Source: an uncultured Eubacteriales bacterium (GTDB lineage Bacteria > Bacillota > Clostridia > Oscillospirales > CAG-272). Taken from it: DNA of 64,000 nucleotides. A program made the position numbers and the translations under genes. Of the stretch, positions 46,100 through 55,897 are shown piece by piece. Below the pieces are notes generated by a model. The model made no database searches. It was given only the letters and a program-made list of their open reading frames with translations, and was not told the origin of the DNA. Within the stretch, counting starts at the first letter, position 1. The number at the start of each line of letters is the position of its first letter. Location: the NCBI GenBank assembly GCA_934401725.1, contig CAKRSS010000001.1, positions 732 through 64,731 on the forward strand. Direction: 5' to 3'.

Positions 46100-46807
46100 A
46101 TGAGGATAGATAAGCTGTTGTCCGCCTGCGGCGCTGCCAGCCGGAGCGAGGCGGGACGTGCCGCGAGAGCCGGACGAATTACCGTGAACGGCGTCGCGGT
46201 GCGCGACGCTTCGACGAACGTCGACCCCATGCGCGACACAGTCTGCCTTGACGGCGTGCGGATGGAGTATTGCGAGTTTGTCTACGTCATGCTCAACAAG
46301 CCCGAGGGCTACGTCAGCGCGACGGAGGACGGCCGCGACCCGACCGTGCTCGAGCTTTTGCCCGAGCTCAGCCACCGCACGGGGCTGTTCCCCTGCGGCA
46401 GGCTTGACAAGAACACCGTCGGGCTGATGCTCATTACCGACGACGGCGCGCTCGGTCATCGCCTGCTCTCGCCGCGTCGGCACGTTGAGAAGACCTACCG
46501 CTTCGCCTGCCGCGCCGAGGTCAGCGACGAGGATCGGGCGGCGCTCGAGAACGGCCTGCGCCTGGCCGACGGCTACGTCACAAAGCCGGCCACGCTCACG
46601 CTCGATCCCGGTCGCATGAGCGGCACAATTACGCTGCACGAGGGCAAATATCACCAGATAAAGCGCATGTTCGGAGCGGTCAATGACAACCGCATCGTCG
46701 CGCTCGAGCGCGTTAGCTTTGGCCCGCTCACGCTTGACCCCGCGCTCGGCCGCGGCGATTGGCGCTATCTGACCGAGGACGAAATCTCGCGGCTGCGAAG
46801 CTCGTGA
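46100..46807 (+). CDS. S4-domain pseudouridine synthase (RsuA/RluB family)
   Basis: Translation shows MRIDKLLSACGAASRSEA...ITVNG...YVMLNKPEGYV...GRLDKNTVGLMLITDDG...KTYR. Confidence 0.85.
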   Translation: MRIDKLLSACGAASRSEAGRAARAGRITVNGVAVRDASTNVDPMRDTVCLDGVRMEYCEFVYVMLNKPEGYVSATEDGRDPTVLELLPELSHRTGLFPCGRLDKNTVGLMLITDDGALGHRLLSPRRHVEKTYRFACRAEVSDEDRAALENGLRLADGYVTKPATLTLDPGRMSGTITLHEGKYHQIKRMFGAVNDNRIVALERVSFGPLTLDPALGRGDWRYLTEDEISRLRSS

Positions 46808-46878
46808 GTCACCAAATTTCGAGACGAGGCAGGGAACATCGTCCGGGAGTGCCCGCGCCCTGCTCTCCGCACCCCGCG

Positions 46879-46905
46879 CCCCGCGTCGCAGCGGGGCAAT
46901 TTTTG
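46879..46905 (+). terminator. candidate terminator after the pseudouridine synthase gene
   Basis: CCCCGC-GTCGCA-GCGGGG is followed by CAATTTTTG. Confidence 0.45.
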
Positions 46906-46950
46906 TCGCCCGAATGCGGTCGGAATGCGCGTAAGAGAGCAAACTTGTCC

Positions 46951-46979
46951 TTTACATGACAAAAGAAATGTGGTATAAT
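46951..46979 (+). promoter_or_regulatory. candidate uvrB promoter TTTACA-17-(TGg)TATAAT
   Basis: The hexamers are at 46951-46956 and 46974-46979. A second TATAAT lies at 46993-46998. Confidence 0.5.
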
Positions 46980-47024
46980 TACATGGTACAATTATAATGT
47001 AATGTTTTTCGCAGGAGGCTGCAT

Positions 47025-49013
47025 TTGTTACCGGGTAAATTTGTTCTGAAAAGTGAATATTCGCCCACCGGCGATCAGCCGGAGGCCATCGAAAAGCTGA
47101 TTGAGGGCGTTCGCATGGGCGACCATATGCAGACGCTGCTCGGCGTCACCGGCTCGGGCAAGACGTTCACTATGGCCAACGTCATTGCCGCCGTCAACCG
47201 CCCGACACTGGTGCTGGCGCACAACAAGACGCTGGCGGCGCAGCTTTGCTCGGAGTTCCGCGAGTTCTTTCCGGACAACGCCGTCGAGTATTTTGTCTCG
47301 TATTACGACTACTATCAGCCCGAGGCCTACATCCCCGGCAAGGACATGTACATCGAAAAGGACGCGCTGATAAACGACGAAATCGACCGTCTGCGCCACA
47401 GCGCCACCTCAGCGCTGTTCGAGCGGCGGGACGTCATAATCGTCGCGAGCGTGTCCTGCATATATTCGCTCGGTGACCCGAATGAGTATAAAAGCCTGGT
47501 GCTGGCGCTGCGTCCCGGCATGAAGATGAGCCGCGAGTGGCTAATCTCGAAGCTCGTATCCATCAGCTACGACCGCAACGACGTCAATTTCGTCCGTGAC
47601 AAGTTCCGCGTGCGGGGCGACACAGTCGAGATATTCCCGGCGTCGAACGGCGATAAGGCGCTGCGCGTCGAGTTCTTCGGTGACGAGATCGAGCGCGTGT
47701 CCGAGATCAACGTCGTGACGGGCGAGATGGTGCGCCAGCTGAGCTACGCCGCCGTCTACCCCGCGACGCACTACGCCGTGTCGGACGAAAAGCGCGAGGC
47801 CGCGCTGTCCGAAATTGAGGCGGAAATGCGCGAACGGGTGGCTTATTTCCAGTCGGAAAACAAGCTGCTCGAGGCTCAGCGGATAGAGGAGCGCGTCAAA
47901 TACGACCTCGAAATGCTGCGCGAGATTGGCTTCTGCTCGGGCGTTGAGAACTATTCGCGCGTGCTGTCCGGTCGCGAGCCGGGCTCGACGCCCTACACGC
48001 TGCTCGATTACTTCCCGGACGATTTTCTTATGTTCGTCGACGAGTCGCACGTGACGCTGCCGCAGGTTCGCGGCATGAGCGGCGGCGACACGGCGCGCAA
48101 AAAGAATCTGATAGACTTCGGCTTCCGTCTGCCGTCGGCCTACGACAACCGCCCGCTTTACTTCGACGAGTTCGAGTCCAAGATAAATCAGGCGATATTC
48201 GTCAGCGCGACACCGGGCGATTACGAAAAACAGCACTCCGAGCAGGTCGTCGAGCAGATTATCCGCCCGACAGGACTGCTTGATCCCGAGGTTGAGGTCC
48301 GTCCCGTCGAGGGGCAGGTCGACGACCTCATGGGCGAGATACGAAAGCGCACCGCGCTCGGCGAGCGCGTGCTCGTCACGACGCTGACCAAGAAAATGGC
48401 AGAGGATCTGACGGATTATTTCGAGTCCAACGGCATCCGCGTGCGGTATATCCACTTCAACGTCGACACCATCGAGCGCATGGAGATAATCCGAGACTTG
48501 CGGCTGGGCGTGTTTGACGTGCTGGTCGGCATCAACCTTCTGCGCGAGGGACTTGACATTCCCGAGGTGTCGCTCGTCGCCATACTCGACGCCGACAAGG
48601 AGGGCTTTCTGCGCGCTGAGACGTCGCTTATCCAGACGATAGGCCGCGCGGCGCGAAACGCGCACGGCAAGGTCATAATGTACGCCGACCATATGACGGG
48701 CTCCATGGAGCGCGCCATATTTGAGACCCGCCGCCGCCGCGGCATACAGTCAAAGTACAACGAGGAGCACGGCATAGTGCCGCAGACCATAATCAAGGGC
48801 GTGCGCGATATAATCGACATCGGCGCGTCGCCCGACGGCGGAAAGAAGCACGACGGACACTCAAAGAAGCAGGACAAGCAGATGAGCGCACGCGACCGCG
48901 AGGCGCTTATCGAGCGGCTGACCCGCGAGATGAAGGAGGCCTCACGGCGTCTTGAATTCGAGCAGGCGGCCTATATCCGCGACAGAATCAAGGAACTGAA
49001 ACAAAATAAATAA
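47025..49013 (+). CDS. uvrB: excinuclease ABC subunit B
   Basis: Translation shows [16 protein letters not shown]...[10 protein letters not shown]... and a C-terminal UVR motif [19 protein letters not shown] start follows AGGAGG. Confidence 0.95.
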   Translation: MLPGKFVLKSEYSPTGDQPEAIEKLIEGVRMGDHMQTLLGVTGSGKTFTMANVIAAVNRPTLVLAHNKTLAAQLCSEFREFFPDNAVEYFVSYYDYYQPEAYIPGKDMYIEKDALINDEIDRLRHSATSALFERRDVIIVASVSCIYSLGDPNEYKSLVLALRPGMKMSREWLISKLVSISYDRNDVNFVRDKFRVRGDTVEIFPASNGDKALRVEFFGDEIERVSEINVVTGEMVRQLSYAAVYPATHYAVSDEKREAALSEIEAEMRERVAYFQSENKLLEAQRIEERVKYDLEMLREIGFCSGVENYSRVLSGREPGSTPYTLLDYFPDDFLMFVDESHVTLPQVRGMSGGDTARKKNLIDFGFRLPSAYDNRPLYFDEFESKINQAIFVSATPGDYEKQHSEQVVEQIIRPTGLLDPEVEVRPVEGQVDDLMGEIRKRTALGERVLVTTLTKKMAEDLTDYFESNGIRVRYIHFNVDTIERMEIIRDLRLGVFDVLVGINLLREGLDIPEVSLVAILDADKEGFLRAETSLIQTIGRAARNAHGKVIMYADHMTGSMERAIFETRRRRGIQSKYNEEHGIVPQTIIKGVRDIIDIGASPDGGKKHDGHSKKQDKQMSARDREALIERLTREMKEASRRLEFEQAAYIRDRIKELKQNK

Positions 49014-49026
49014 CGAGGGATACAAC

Positions 49027-51183
49027 ATGGACATTATTGCTGCATTGGCACAGGAATTCAAGCTCGACCGCGGGCAGGTCGAGCGCACGGTCGGGCTCAT
49101 TGACGAGGGCAACACCATTCCGTTTATTGCCCGTTACCGCAAGGAGGTCACAGGCTCGCTTGACGACACCGTTCTGCGCGACCTTGACGACCGCCTGACC
49201 TACCTGCGCAACATCGAGAAGCGCAAGGAGGAGGTCAAGGGGCTTATCGACGCGCAGGGCAAGCTGACCGACGAGCTTATCGCCGCCATCGACGCGGCCA
49301 AGACCATAACCGAGGTGGACGACATTTACCGTCCCTACCGTCCCAAGCGTAAGACGCGCGCTTCCGTCGCGCGCGAGCGCGGACTGGAGCCGCTGGCCGA
49401 GCTCATCATGGCGCAGCAGCCGTCCTACGACCCGCCGCTGACGACTGTCGCGGAGGGCTACGTCGACGAGGAGAAGGGAGTCGCAAGTGCCGACGCGGCG
49501 CTCGCCGGCGCTATGGACATCATAGCCGAGGACGTCTCGGACAACGCCGACTTCCGCAAGACCATCCGTTCGCTCACGTGGGACGACGGCGTGCTCTGCT
49601 CGACAGGCAGCGGCGACTCGGTCTACACGCAGTATTACGAGTACGCCGAGAAGCTCAAGAAGATTCCCGGCCACCGCATCCTCGCTATCAACCGCGGCGA
49701 GAAGGAGGAGTTCCTCAAGGTGACGCTGACCGCGCCGCGCGAGCTGATACTCAAATATCTCGGTCACAAGCTGGTGAGCGAGCCGTCCTCGCCCGCCGTG
49801 ACCTACATCCGCGCCGCCATTGAGGACGGCTACGACCGCCTCATTGCGCCGAGTGTCGAGCGCGAGATACGCAACGACATGTTCGACAGCGCGAGCGAGG
49901 GTGCTATCAAGCTGTTCTCGGTCAATCTTCACAACCTGCTCATGCAGTCGCCGCTCAAGGGCAAGACGGTGCTCGGCTTCGACCCCGGCTACCGTACCGG
50001 CTGCAAGCTGGCCGTTGTCGACAAGACGGGCAAGGTGCTTGACACGGCTGTCATTTACCCCACCAAACCACAAGAGCGCATCGAGGAGAGCGGCCGCGTT
50101 GTGACGCGCCTCATCCGCAAGTACGGCGTGAATGTCATTGCCATCGGCAACGGCACGGCCTCCAAGGAGAGCGAGATTTTCATCGCGAACCTGCTCAAGT
50201 CCATCCCCGAGGACGTCAAATACGTCATGGTCAGCGAGGCGGGGGCGTCGGTCTACTCGGCGTCCAAGCTCGGTGCGGACGAGTTCCCGGATTTCGACGT
50301 GACTCAGCGCTCGGCTGTTTCCATCGCGCGCCGCCTTCAGGACCCGCTCGCGGAGCTGGTCAAGATCGACCCCAAGTCGATAGGCGTGGGGCAGTATCAG
50401 CACGACATGAAGCCGGCGCGGCTTGACGACGCGCTGACCGGCGTAGTTGAGGACTGCGTCAACGCGGTCGGAATCGACCTGAACACTGCGTCGCACTCGC
50501 TGCTGGCCTACATTTCCGGTATAAACGCGACCTGCGCCAAGAACATAGTCAAGTATCGCGAGGAGAACGGCGAGTTCACCAGTCGCGCGCAGATACTCAA
50601 GGTGCCCAAGATCGGCGCGAAGGCGTTCGAGCAGTGCGCGGGCTTTCTCCGCGTGCCCGGCAGCTCCGAAATACTCGACAACACCGGCGTTCACCCCGAG
50701 TCCTACGCGGCGGCGCGCGGACTGCTCGAGATGTTCGGTTACAGCGAGCAGGATGTCAAAGACGGCAAGCTGACGCTGCTTTCCGAGAAGGTGAAAATCA
50801 AGGGTACGGCCAAGGTTGCGGAGAAGCTCGGCGTCGGCGAGCCGACGCTTGTGGACATTATCGGCGAGCTCGAGAAGCCCGGCCGCGACGTGCGTGACAG
50901 TCTGCCGCCTCCCGAGTTGCGCGACGACATTCTCGACATGAGCGACCTCAAGGAGGGCATGATTCTCAAGGGAACCGTCCGCAACGTTATCGATTTCGGT
51001 GCGTTCGTCGACATCGGCGTGCATCAGGACGGACTCGTACACGTCTCGCAGCTGTCCGAGCGCTTCGTGAAGCACCCCTCCGAGGTCGTTTCGGTCGGCG
51101 ACGTAGTGAACGTCAAAGTCCTCGGAGTCGACATGCATAAAAAGAAAATCTCCCTGTCAATGAAGGGCGTAAAGCAGAACTGA
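49027..51183 (+). CDS. tex: Tex-like transcription accessory protein (YqgF and S1 domains)
   Basis: Translation shows VGLIDEGNTIPFIARYRKE...VLGFDPGYRTGCKLAVVD... and a C-terminal S1 domain GTVRNVIDFGAFVDIG. Confidence 0.9.
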   Translation: MDIIAALAQEFKLDRGQVERTVGLIDEGNTIPFIARYRKEVTGSLDDTVLRDLDDRLTYLRNIEKRKEEVKGLIDAQGKLTDELIAAIDAAKTITEVDDIYRPYRPKRKTRASVARERGLEPLAELIMAQQPSYDPPLTTVAEGYVDEEKGVASADAALAGAMDIIAEDVSDNADFRKTIRSLTWDDGVLCSTGSGDSVYTQYYEYAEKLKKIPGHRILAINRGEKEEFLKVTLTAPRELILKYLGHKLVSEPSSPAVTYIRAAIEDGYDRLIAPSVEREIRNDMFDSASEGAIKLFSVNLHNLLMQSPLKGKTVLGFDPGYRTGCKLAVVDKTGKVLDTAVIYPTKPQERIEESGRVVTRLIRKYGVNVIAIGNGTASKESEIFIANLLKSIPEDVKYVMVSEAGASVYSASKLGADEFPDFDVTQRSAVSIARRLQDPLAELVKIDPKSIGVGQYQHDMKPARLDDALTGVVEDCVNAVGIDLNTASHSLLAYISGINATCAKNIVKYREENGEFTSRAQILKVPKIGAKAFEQCAGFLRVPGSSEILDNTGVHPESYAAARGLLEMFGYSEQDVKDGKLTLLSEKVKIKGTAKVAEKLGVGEPTLVDIIGELEKPGRDVRDSLPPPELRDDILDMSDLKEGMILKGTVRNVIDFGAFVDIGVHQDGLVHVSQLSERFVKHPSEVVSVGDVVNVKVLGVDMHKKKISLSMKGVKQN

Positions 51184-51185
51184 GG

Positions 51186-51465
51186 TTTTTCGGGGCGCTG
51201 CCCCGAACCTCGCTCAGGGGACGCGTCTCGGGGCGCTGCCCCGAACCCCACCAAGGGGGCTTTTTGAAAAAAGCCCCCTTGGATCCCGCAAAAACTTTTA
51301 AAAAAGGGCGTGTCAGAGTCTGAGGGACGCCGGGATGGGTGGTTTTCGGGCGTCCCAATGACTTTAACTCGCCCAAATTTGTGAAAGTTTCGTCCGCCTT
51401 TGGGGCGGCGGCACGGATCCAACGCCGTGTGGCGTTGGCCGCCGCCCGCAGGCGGCGGAATCCCC
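51186..51465. repeat. multi-hairpin intergenic repeat element, copy in inverted orientation and without the foldback insertion
   Basis: The reverse complement aligns module-by-module with 8411-8542 plus 8818-9006. Hairpins are at 51191-51205, 51229-51243, 51251-51282, 51324-51356, 51394-51408, 51419-51438 and 51439-51458. Confidence 0.85.
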
Positions 51466-51537
51466 TTTACTGTCTTAATATATTAAGAAAAGCGCGACTG
51501 CAAAGTGTTCGTCATGACCGCAAAATACGTGCTGTTG

Positions 51538-51552
51538 TGTGCAAGTTGCACA
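51538..51552. promoter_or_regulatory. 7-1-7 palindrome TGTGCAA-G-TTGCACA upstream of the msmX-like gene
   Basis: I read the perfect dyad directly. It lies ~35 nt upstream of the candidate -35. Confidence 0.35.
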
Positions 51553-51585
51553 AATATAAAGCGTAAAGTTTGGGCGATTGACATC

Positions 51586-51614
51586 TTTCAATTTCACTCA
51601 TTTTTTGGTACAAT
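51586..51614 (+). promoter_or_regulatory. candidate extended -10 promoter TTTCAA-17-(TGg)TACAAT
   Basis: The hexamers are at 51586-51591 and 51609-51614. Confidence 0.35.
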
Positions 51615-51690
51615 ATATGTTGTTAAAAAACATGTGTCCCGGGAGTGCCGCGCGGCGGTTCCGGTTCAAATTCAAGGAGGAATATTTTTA

Positions 51691-52803
51691 ATGGCAAGTT
51701 TGTCTTTCAAGCACATCTATAAGAAGTATCCCGGCGGCGTTACTGCCGTCTCTGACTTCAACCTCGAGGTCAAGGATAAGGAGTTCCTGGTTCTGGTCGG
51801 TCCTTCCGGTTGCGGTAAGACCACCACACTGCGTATGATCGCAGGTCTGGAGGAGATCACCGAGGGTGAGCTGTTCATCGGCGACCAGCTGGTCAACGAC
51901 GTCGCTCCTAAGGACAGAAAGATCGCGATGGTGTTCCAGAACTACGCTCTGTACCCCCACATGTCCGTTTTCGAGAACATGTCCTTCGGCCTTAAGCTGA
52001 ACAAGACTCCTAAGGAAGAGATCAAGCGCCGCGTTGAGGAAGCTGCCCGTATACTTGATATTACCCACCTGCTCGACAGAAAGCCGAAGGCTCTGTCCGG
52101 TGGTCAGAAGCAGCGTGTTGCGCTGGGTCGTGCTATCGTCCGTAACCCTAAGGTCTTCCTTTTGGACGAGCCTCTTTCCAACCTTGACGCTAAGCTCCGT
52201 GCCGCAATGAGAACCGAGCTTACCAAGCTGCACCAGAGAGTCGGTACCACCTTCGTATACGTTACTCACGACCAGGTCGAGGCTATGACCATGGCTACGC
52301 GTATCGTCGTTATGAAGGACGGTCTGATTCAGCAGGTCGACACTCCTCAGAACCTCTACGACTATCCCTGCAACATTTTCGTCGCAGGCTTCATAGGCAC
52401 TCCTCAGATGAACTTCATCACCGGTACGCTGGAGAAGAAGGGCGAGGATGTTTACTTCAACTTCGAGAACAACTCCATCAAGCTGCCCGCAGAGAAGGCC
52501 AACAACCCCGCGCTGAAGGATTACATCGGCCAGGAAGTTGTTATGGGTATCCGTCCTGAGTGCATTCACGACGAGCCCGTGCACGTTGCAACCCTCACCG
52601 ACAGCGTTGTCGAGACCTACGTTGACGTTACCGAGCTTATGGGTGCTGAGATTTACCTCTACATCACCATCGGCGAGACTAACCTCATCGCCCGCGTCTC
52701 CTCTCGCTCCACCTCCCGTGCAGGCGATACCATCAAGGTCGCGTTCGACACCTCGAGACTCCACATTTTCGATAAGGATACCGAGCGCTGCATCGTTCAC
52801 TAA
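51691..52803 (+). CDS. msmX: sugar ABC transporter ATP-binding protein (MsmX/UgpC/MalK type), no cognate permease adjacent
   Basis: Translation reads [16 protein letters not shown]...[21 protein letters not shown]...[14 protein letters not shown]...[14 protein letters not shown]. The ATG at 51691 follows AAGGAGG. Confidence 0.85.
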   Translation: MASLSFKHIYKKYPGGVTAVSDFNLEVKDKEFLVLVGPSGCGKTTTLRMIAGLEEITEGELFIGDQLVNDVAPKDRKIAMVFQNYALYPHMSVFENMSFGLKLNKTPKEEIKRRVEEAARILDITHLLDRKPKALSGGQKQRVALGRAIVRNPKVFLLDEPLSNLDAKLRAAMRTELTKLHQRVGTTFVYVTHDQVEAMTMATRIVVMKDGLIQQVDTPQNLYDYPCNIFVAGFIGTPQMNFITGTLEKKGEDVYFNFENNSIKLPAEKANNPALKDYIGQEVVMGIRPECIHDEPVHVATLTDSVVETYVDVTELMGAEIYLYITIGETNLIARVSSRSTSRAGDTIKVAFDTSRLHIFDKDTERCIVH

Positions 52804-52813
52804 TCGAATAGCA

Positions 52814-52851
52814 AAAAGCCGGAGGACGCCAAGCGGCGTCCTCCGGCTTTT
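52814..52851 (+). terminator. Rho-independent terminator
   Basis: A perfect 17-bp stem AAAAGCCGGAGGACGCC/GGCGTCCTCCGGCTTTT has an AAGC loop. Confidence 0.75.
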
Positions 52852-52863
52852 GACGTGCCGCTA

Positions 52864-52892
52864 TTGACAAAAAGCGAAAATAGTCTTATAAT
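52864..52892 (+). promoter_or_regulatory. perfect-consensus promoter TTGACA-17-TATAAT
   Basis: The hexamers are at 52864-52869 and 52887-52892. Confidence 0.55.
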
Positions 52893-52926
52893 ATAGTGGA
52901 GTACATGAAAGGTACGGTTTTTGTTG

Positions 52927-53940
52927 ATGCCCGAAATTAATGAAAAGGAGTACAGAGGCACGCTTATCCGCATAGGCGGAAGTATGCTCATGCTTGTGGC
53001 GCTGCTCAACGCGCTGACGCTGCTTTGGCGGCTTGTCGGCGGCGTACTCGAGCAGGCGCTGGACTACGAAAGCTACTATATCGTCAATCAGCTGCTCTAT
53101 GCGCTGGTGTATGCGGCGTCGTTCCTGATTCCGGCGGCGTTTTTCTATCAGATAAGCCGCCGAAAAAACACTCAGCCGGTGCTGACGCAGGTCAGACTGG
53201 ACCGCCAGTTCCCGCTGATGGCCGTCGCGGCCATCGCACTGATACTCGGTTCGGCGATTCTCAATTCGTATCTTATGAATCTGGTGCACTTCTCCGAATT
53301 CATGGACGCCTATGTGGTCGACGACCCGATGGACACCAATTATAAGCTGGTGCTCTCGATACTGACGACCGCTATCATTCCCGGCTTTGTCGAGGAGATG
53401 CTGTTCCGCGGCGTGATTCTGACCAACCTTTTGCCCTACGGCAAGGCTCCGGCTGTCCTCATCAGTGCCGTGCTGTTCGGCCTTATGCACCAGAACCCGG
53501 CGCAGATGTTCTACGCGACAATGGCCGGCGTTGTGCTTGGGCTGGTTTACGTCCGCACACGCTCGATTTGGGGCGGGGTGCTGATACATTTCATGAATAA
53601 CCTGTTCAGCGTTTTTGAGAGTCTGATGTTTGACCGGCTTGATGCCGCCGTGGCGTCGCGGATATGTACCTACGTCGAGGGCGTGCTGTTTGCCGCAGGA
53701 GTGGTATGTGCCGTGATACTTGTCTGCACCAAAAAAAAGCGCGTCCGCGACTTTTCGGCGAGCGGCTTTGGCACGGTTATGGAGCCTGACGAAAATTACG
53801 TCGAGCGTCCGCTCTCCCGTGGGCGCGCGGTGCGTCAGTTCTTCAATCCGACGGTGACGATTTTTATGATAATTTCCTGTCTCGAGATGGCGTACTATAT
53901 AATTATTGCGCTCAGAATGTGGGCGTCGCAGCAGCTATGA
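52927..53940 (+). CDS. CPBP family intramembrane glutamic endopeptidase (CAAX/Abi-like)
   Basis: The product is multi-TM and shows GFVEEMLFRGVIL, SAVLFGLMHQN and HFMNNL motifs. Confidence 0.75.
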   Translation: MPEINEKEYRGTLIRIGGSMLMLVALLNALTLLWRLVGGVLEQALDYESYYIVNQLLYALVYAASFLIPAAFFYQISRRKNTQPVLTQVRLDRQFPLMAVAAIALILGSAILNSYLMNLVHFSEFMDAYVVDDPMDTNYKLVLSILTTAIIPGFVEEMLFRGVILTNLLPYGKAPAVLISAVLFGLMHQNPAQMFYATMAGVVLGLVYVRTRSIWGGVLIHFMNNLFSVFESLMFDRLDAAVASRICTYVEGVLFAAGVVCAVILVCTKKKRVRDFSASGFGTVMEPDENYVERPLSRGRAVRQFFNPTVTIFMIISCLEMAYYIIIALRMWASQQL

Positions 53941-54410
53941 CGCGGGACGAGAAGTTCATGTCGGCGGCGCTTGAGCAGGCGCGGCTGGCGGCGGAGTGCG
54001 GCGAGGTCCCGGTCGGGGCGGTGGTCGTTTACCGCGACGAGATAATCGCCGCCGCACACAACACGCGCGAGACCGACAGGTGCGCGACCTCGCACGCCGA
54101 GCTTCGCGCGATGGAGCAGGCCTGCCGCGTCCGCGGCGGCTGGCGGCTGTTTGACTGCGAGCTGTTTGTGACGCTCGAGCCGTGCGCCATGTGCGCCGGG
54201 GCGGCCGTCAACGCGAGAGTCGACCGCGTGGTCTACGGCGCGTCGGATCTGCGCTTCGGCGCGCTCGGTAGCGCCTTTGACCTCATGACGGTGGGGCTTA
54301 ACCACAAATACGAGGTCGTCCCCGGCGTGCTCGGGGATGAGTGCCGGGCGCTGCTTCAGGAGTTTTTCAGAGCGCGGCGCGGCGCGGGCGCAAAAACAGA
54401 ACCGAAATAA
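53937..54410 (+). CDS. tadA: tRNA adenosine(34) deaminase
   Basis: Translation shows FMSAALEQARLAAECGEVPVGAVVV...HAELRAM...TLEPCAMCAGA. An ATGA overlap links it to the previous gene. Confidence 0.9.
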   Translation: MTRDEKFMSAALEQARLAAECGEVPVGAVVVYRDEIIAAAHNTRETDRCATSHAELRAMEQACRVRGGWRLFDCELFVTLEPCAMCAGAAVNARVDRVVYGASDLRFGALGSAFDLMTVGLNHKYEVVPGVLGDECRALLQEFFRARRGAGAKTEPK

Positions 54411-54411
54411 C

Positions 54412-54451
54412 AACGGGTGTATTGCTTTCGACGGCAGTGACACCCGTTTTT
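54412..54451 (+). terminator. candidate terminator after tadA
   Basis: The stem AACGGGTGT/ACACCCGTT is followed by TTT. The loop is long (19 nt). Confidence 0.45.
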
Positions 54452-54503
54452 AGGCTCCACCGCGCGATTTCGATGGTGCCTTTATTAATTTGACGCAAAT
54501 GTA

Positions 54504-54532
54504 TTGAAAATTAAGCGATTTTATTGTAAAAT
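54504..54532 (+). promoter_or_regulatory. candidate promoter TTGAAA-17-TAAAAT
   Basis: The hexamers are at 54504-54509 and 54527-54532. Confidence 0.4.
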
Positions 54533-54565
54533 GATAAGAGCGACAAGGAGGTGTTACAACCTTTC

Positions 54566-55897
54566 ATGCAGATAACCGAACTGAGAATCGACGACCGCAG
54601 CAAGCTGTGCGCCGTCAGAACAAATAAATTCAAGCGCAACAGCCTGTTTTTGACCCGCGTGCTTGACATCGCCCCCGAAACAACGCCGTGCGACGTTATA
54701 CTTTGCCGGGTTTTGGGGCGTAAGACGGCGGACTACCCCTCGAGCGCAGCACTCAGCCGCCGCTGCGAGGAGCTTTACGGCGCGGTGCCCGACTGCTTTG
54801 TCAACTTTCTCGGGGACAAGCTGATTATGGTGCTCTACGCCGATTTCGTGTCCGACTCCGTGATGGGCGGCGGAGACGGAATCATCCGCGGGACCATGAG
54901 CCTGCTAGCCTCCATCTGGCGCGCCCCCGTGCTCGACAAAACCGGCCTCTTCCCGGCCGACGAGGTGGCGCGCGCCAGGCAAGGCGTGTGCAACGACATC
55001 CGCTCGTCCGAGAACGACCCCGGCGCGTATGCGTCGCGCAAGTGTCGCGAGCTCACCTGCGCGGGATATCCGCAGGGCTATTCGGTCAAGGTCGACGACG
55101 TCGGGCGCGTCACGCCCGAGCGGCTGACCGCGCGATACCGCGAGCTGCTTCCCGGCAGCTTCGGGGCGTTCTACGTCGGCGACAGCCCCGAGCTTGTGGC
55201 AGGACTGCTCCCGGTATACTTCGGCGAGGGCTGTGTCGGCGGCTTCACGCCGCTGAATCCGCACCCCGTGCTGCCACGCGACGGCGTTCAGCGCGTCGAT
55301 GAGGCACGGCGAGTGGGGCAGGGCAAGCTGTGCATGGCATTCCACGGCGCCGCCCTCATGCAGAACAAGGACGATTATTACGCCACTCTGATGTCTGTCG
55401 AGGTGTTCGGCGGCTCGCCGGTCGCAAAGCTGTTCATGAACGTCCGCGAGCGACTGGGGCTGTGCTATCATTGCAGCGCCGTGTACAACAAGCTCGGCGG
55501 CATAATATACGTTTCCTCCGGCGTCGCGCCCGAGAACCGCGAGCGTGCTGAACGCGAGATACTTGCCCAGCTCGACGAGCTACAGAAGGGAAACATCACC
55601 GACGCCGAGCTGCGTGCGGCACGACTGTCGCTGATAAACTCGGCACGGCAGATAGAGGACAACCCATATTCTGTCTGGAGCTTTTCGGAGCACCGGCTGC
55701 GGCTGGGGCTCGACTGCTCGCTTGAGAGGCATATCGAGCGGATAGGCCGCGTCACGGTCGCGGAGATACAGCGCGCGACGGCGTCATGGACGCTCGGGGT
55801 GGAGTTCTTTCTGCACCCTGACGGCGAGTGCGCGGACGTGAGCGACGGCGGGGACGACGAGACCTGCGGGAATGAGGAGGGCGAATATGAAGACTGA
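54566..55897 (+). CDS. M16 (pitrilysin) family protein lacking the HxxEH motif (likely non-catalytic partner)
   Basis: Its length and C-terminal half are typical of insulinase-like proteins. No HxxEH is present. Start placement is uncertain (ATG at 54566 versus the track GTG at 54551). Confidence 0.6.
   Translation: MQITELRIDDRSKLCAVRTNKFKRNSLFLTRVLDIAPETTPCDVILCRVLGRKTADYPSSAALSRRCEELYGAVPDCFVNFLGDKLIMVLYADFVSDSVMGGGDGIIRGTMSLLASIWRAPVLDKTGLFPADEVARARQGVCNDIRSSENDPGAYASRKCRELTCAGYPQGYSVKVDDVGRVTPERLTARYRELLPGSFGAFYVGDSPELVAGLLPVYFGEGCVGGFTPLNPHPVLPRDGVQRVDEARRVGQGKLCMAFHGAALMQNKDDYYATLMSVEVFGGSPVAKLFMNVRERLGLCYHCSAVYNKLGGIIYVSSGVAPENRERAEREILAQLDELQKGNITDAELRAARLSLINSARQIEDNPYSVWSFSEHRLRLGLDCSLERHIERIGRVTVAEIQRATASWTLGVEFFLHPDGECADVSDGGDDETCGNEEGEYED

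Noticed and set aside
46940-47024. LexA (Cheo-type GAAC-N4-GTTC) box upstream of uvrB.
   Set aside because: No GAAC…GTTC dyad is present. Only AT-rich promoter-like sequence with two TATAAT boxes is there.
54411-54565. SRP RNA gene downstream of tadA, as in Bacillus subtilis (tadA-scr).
   Set aside because: The gap is only ~155 nt and is explained by a terminator hairpin plus a promoter. I saw no SRP domain IV-like helix or GNAR loop.
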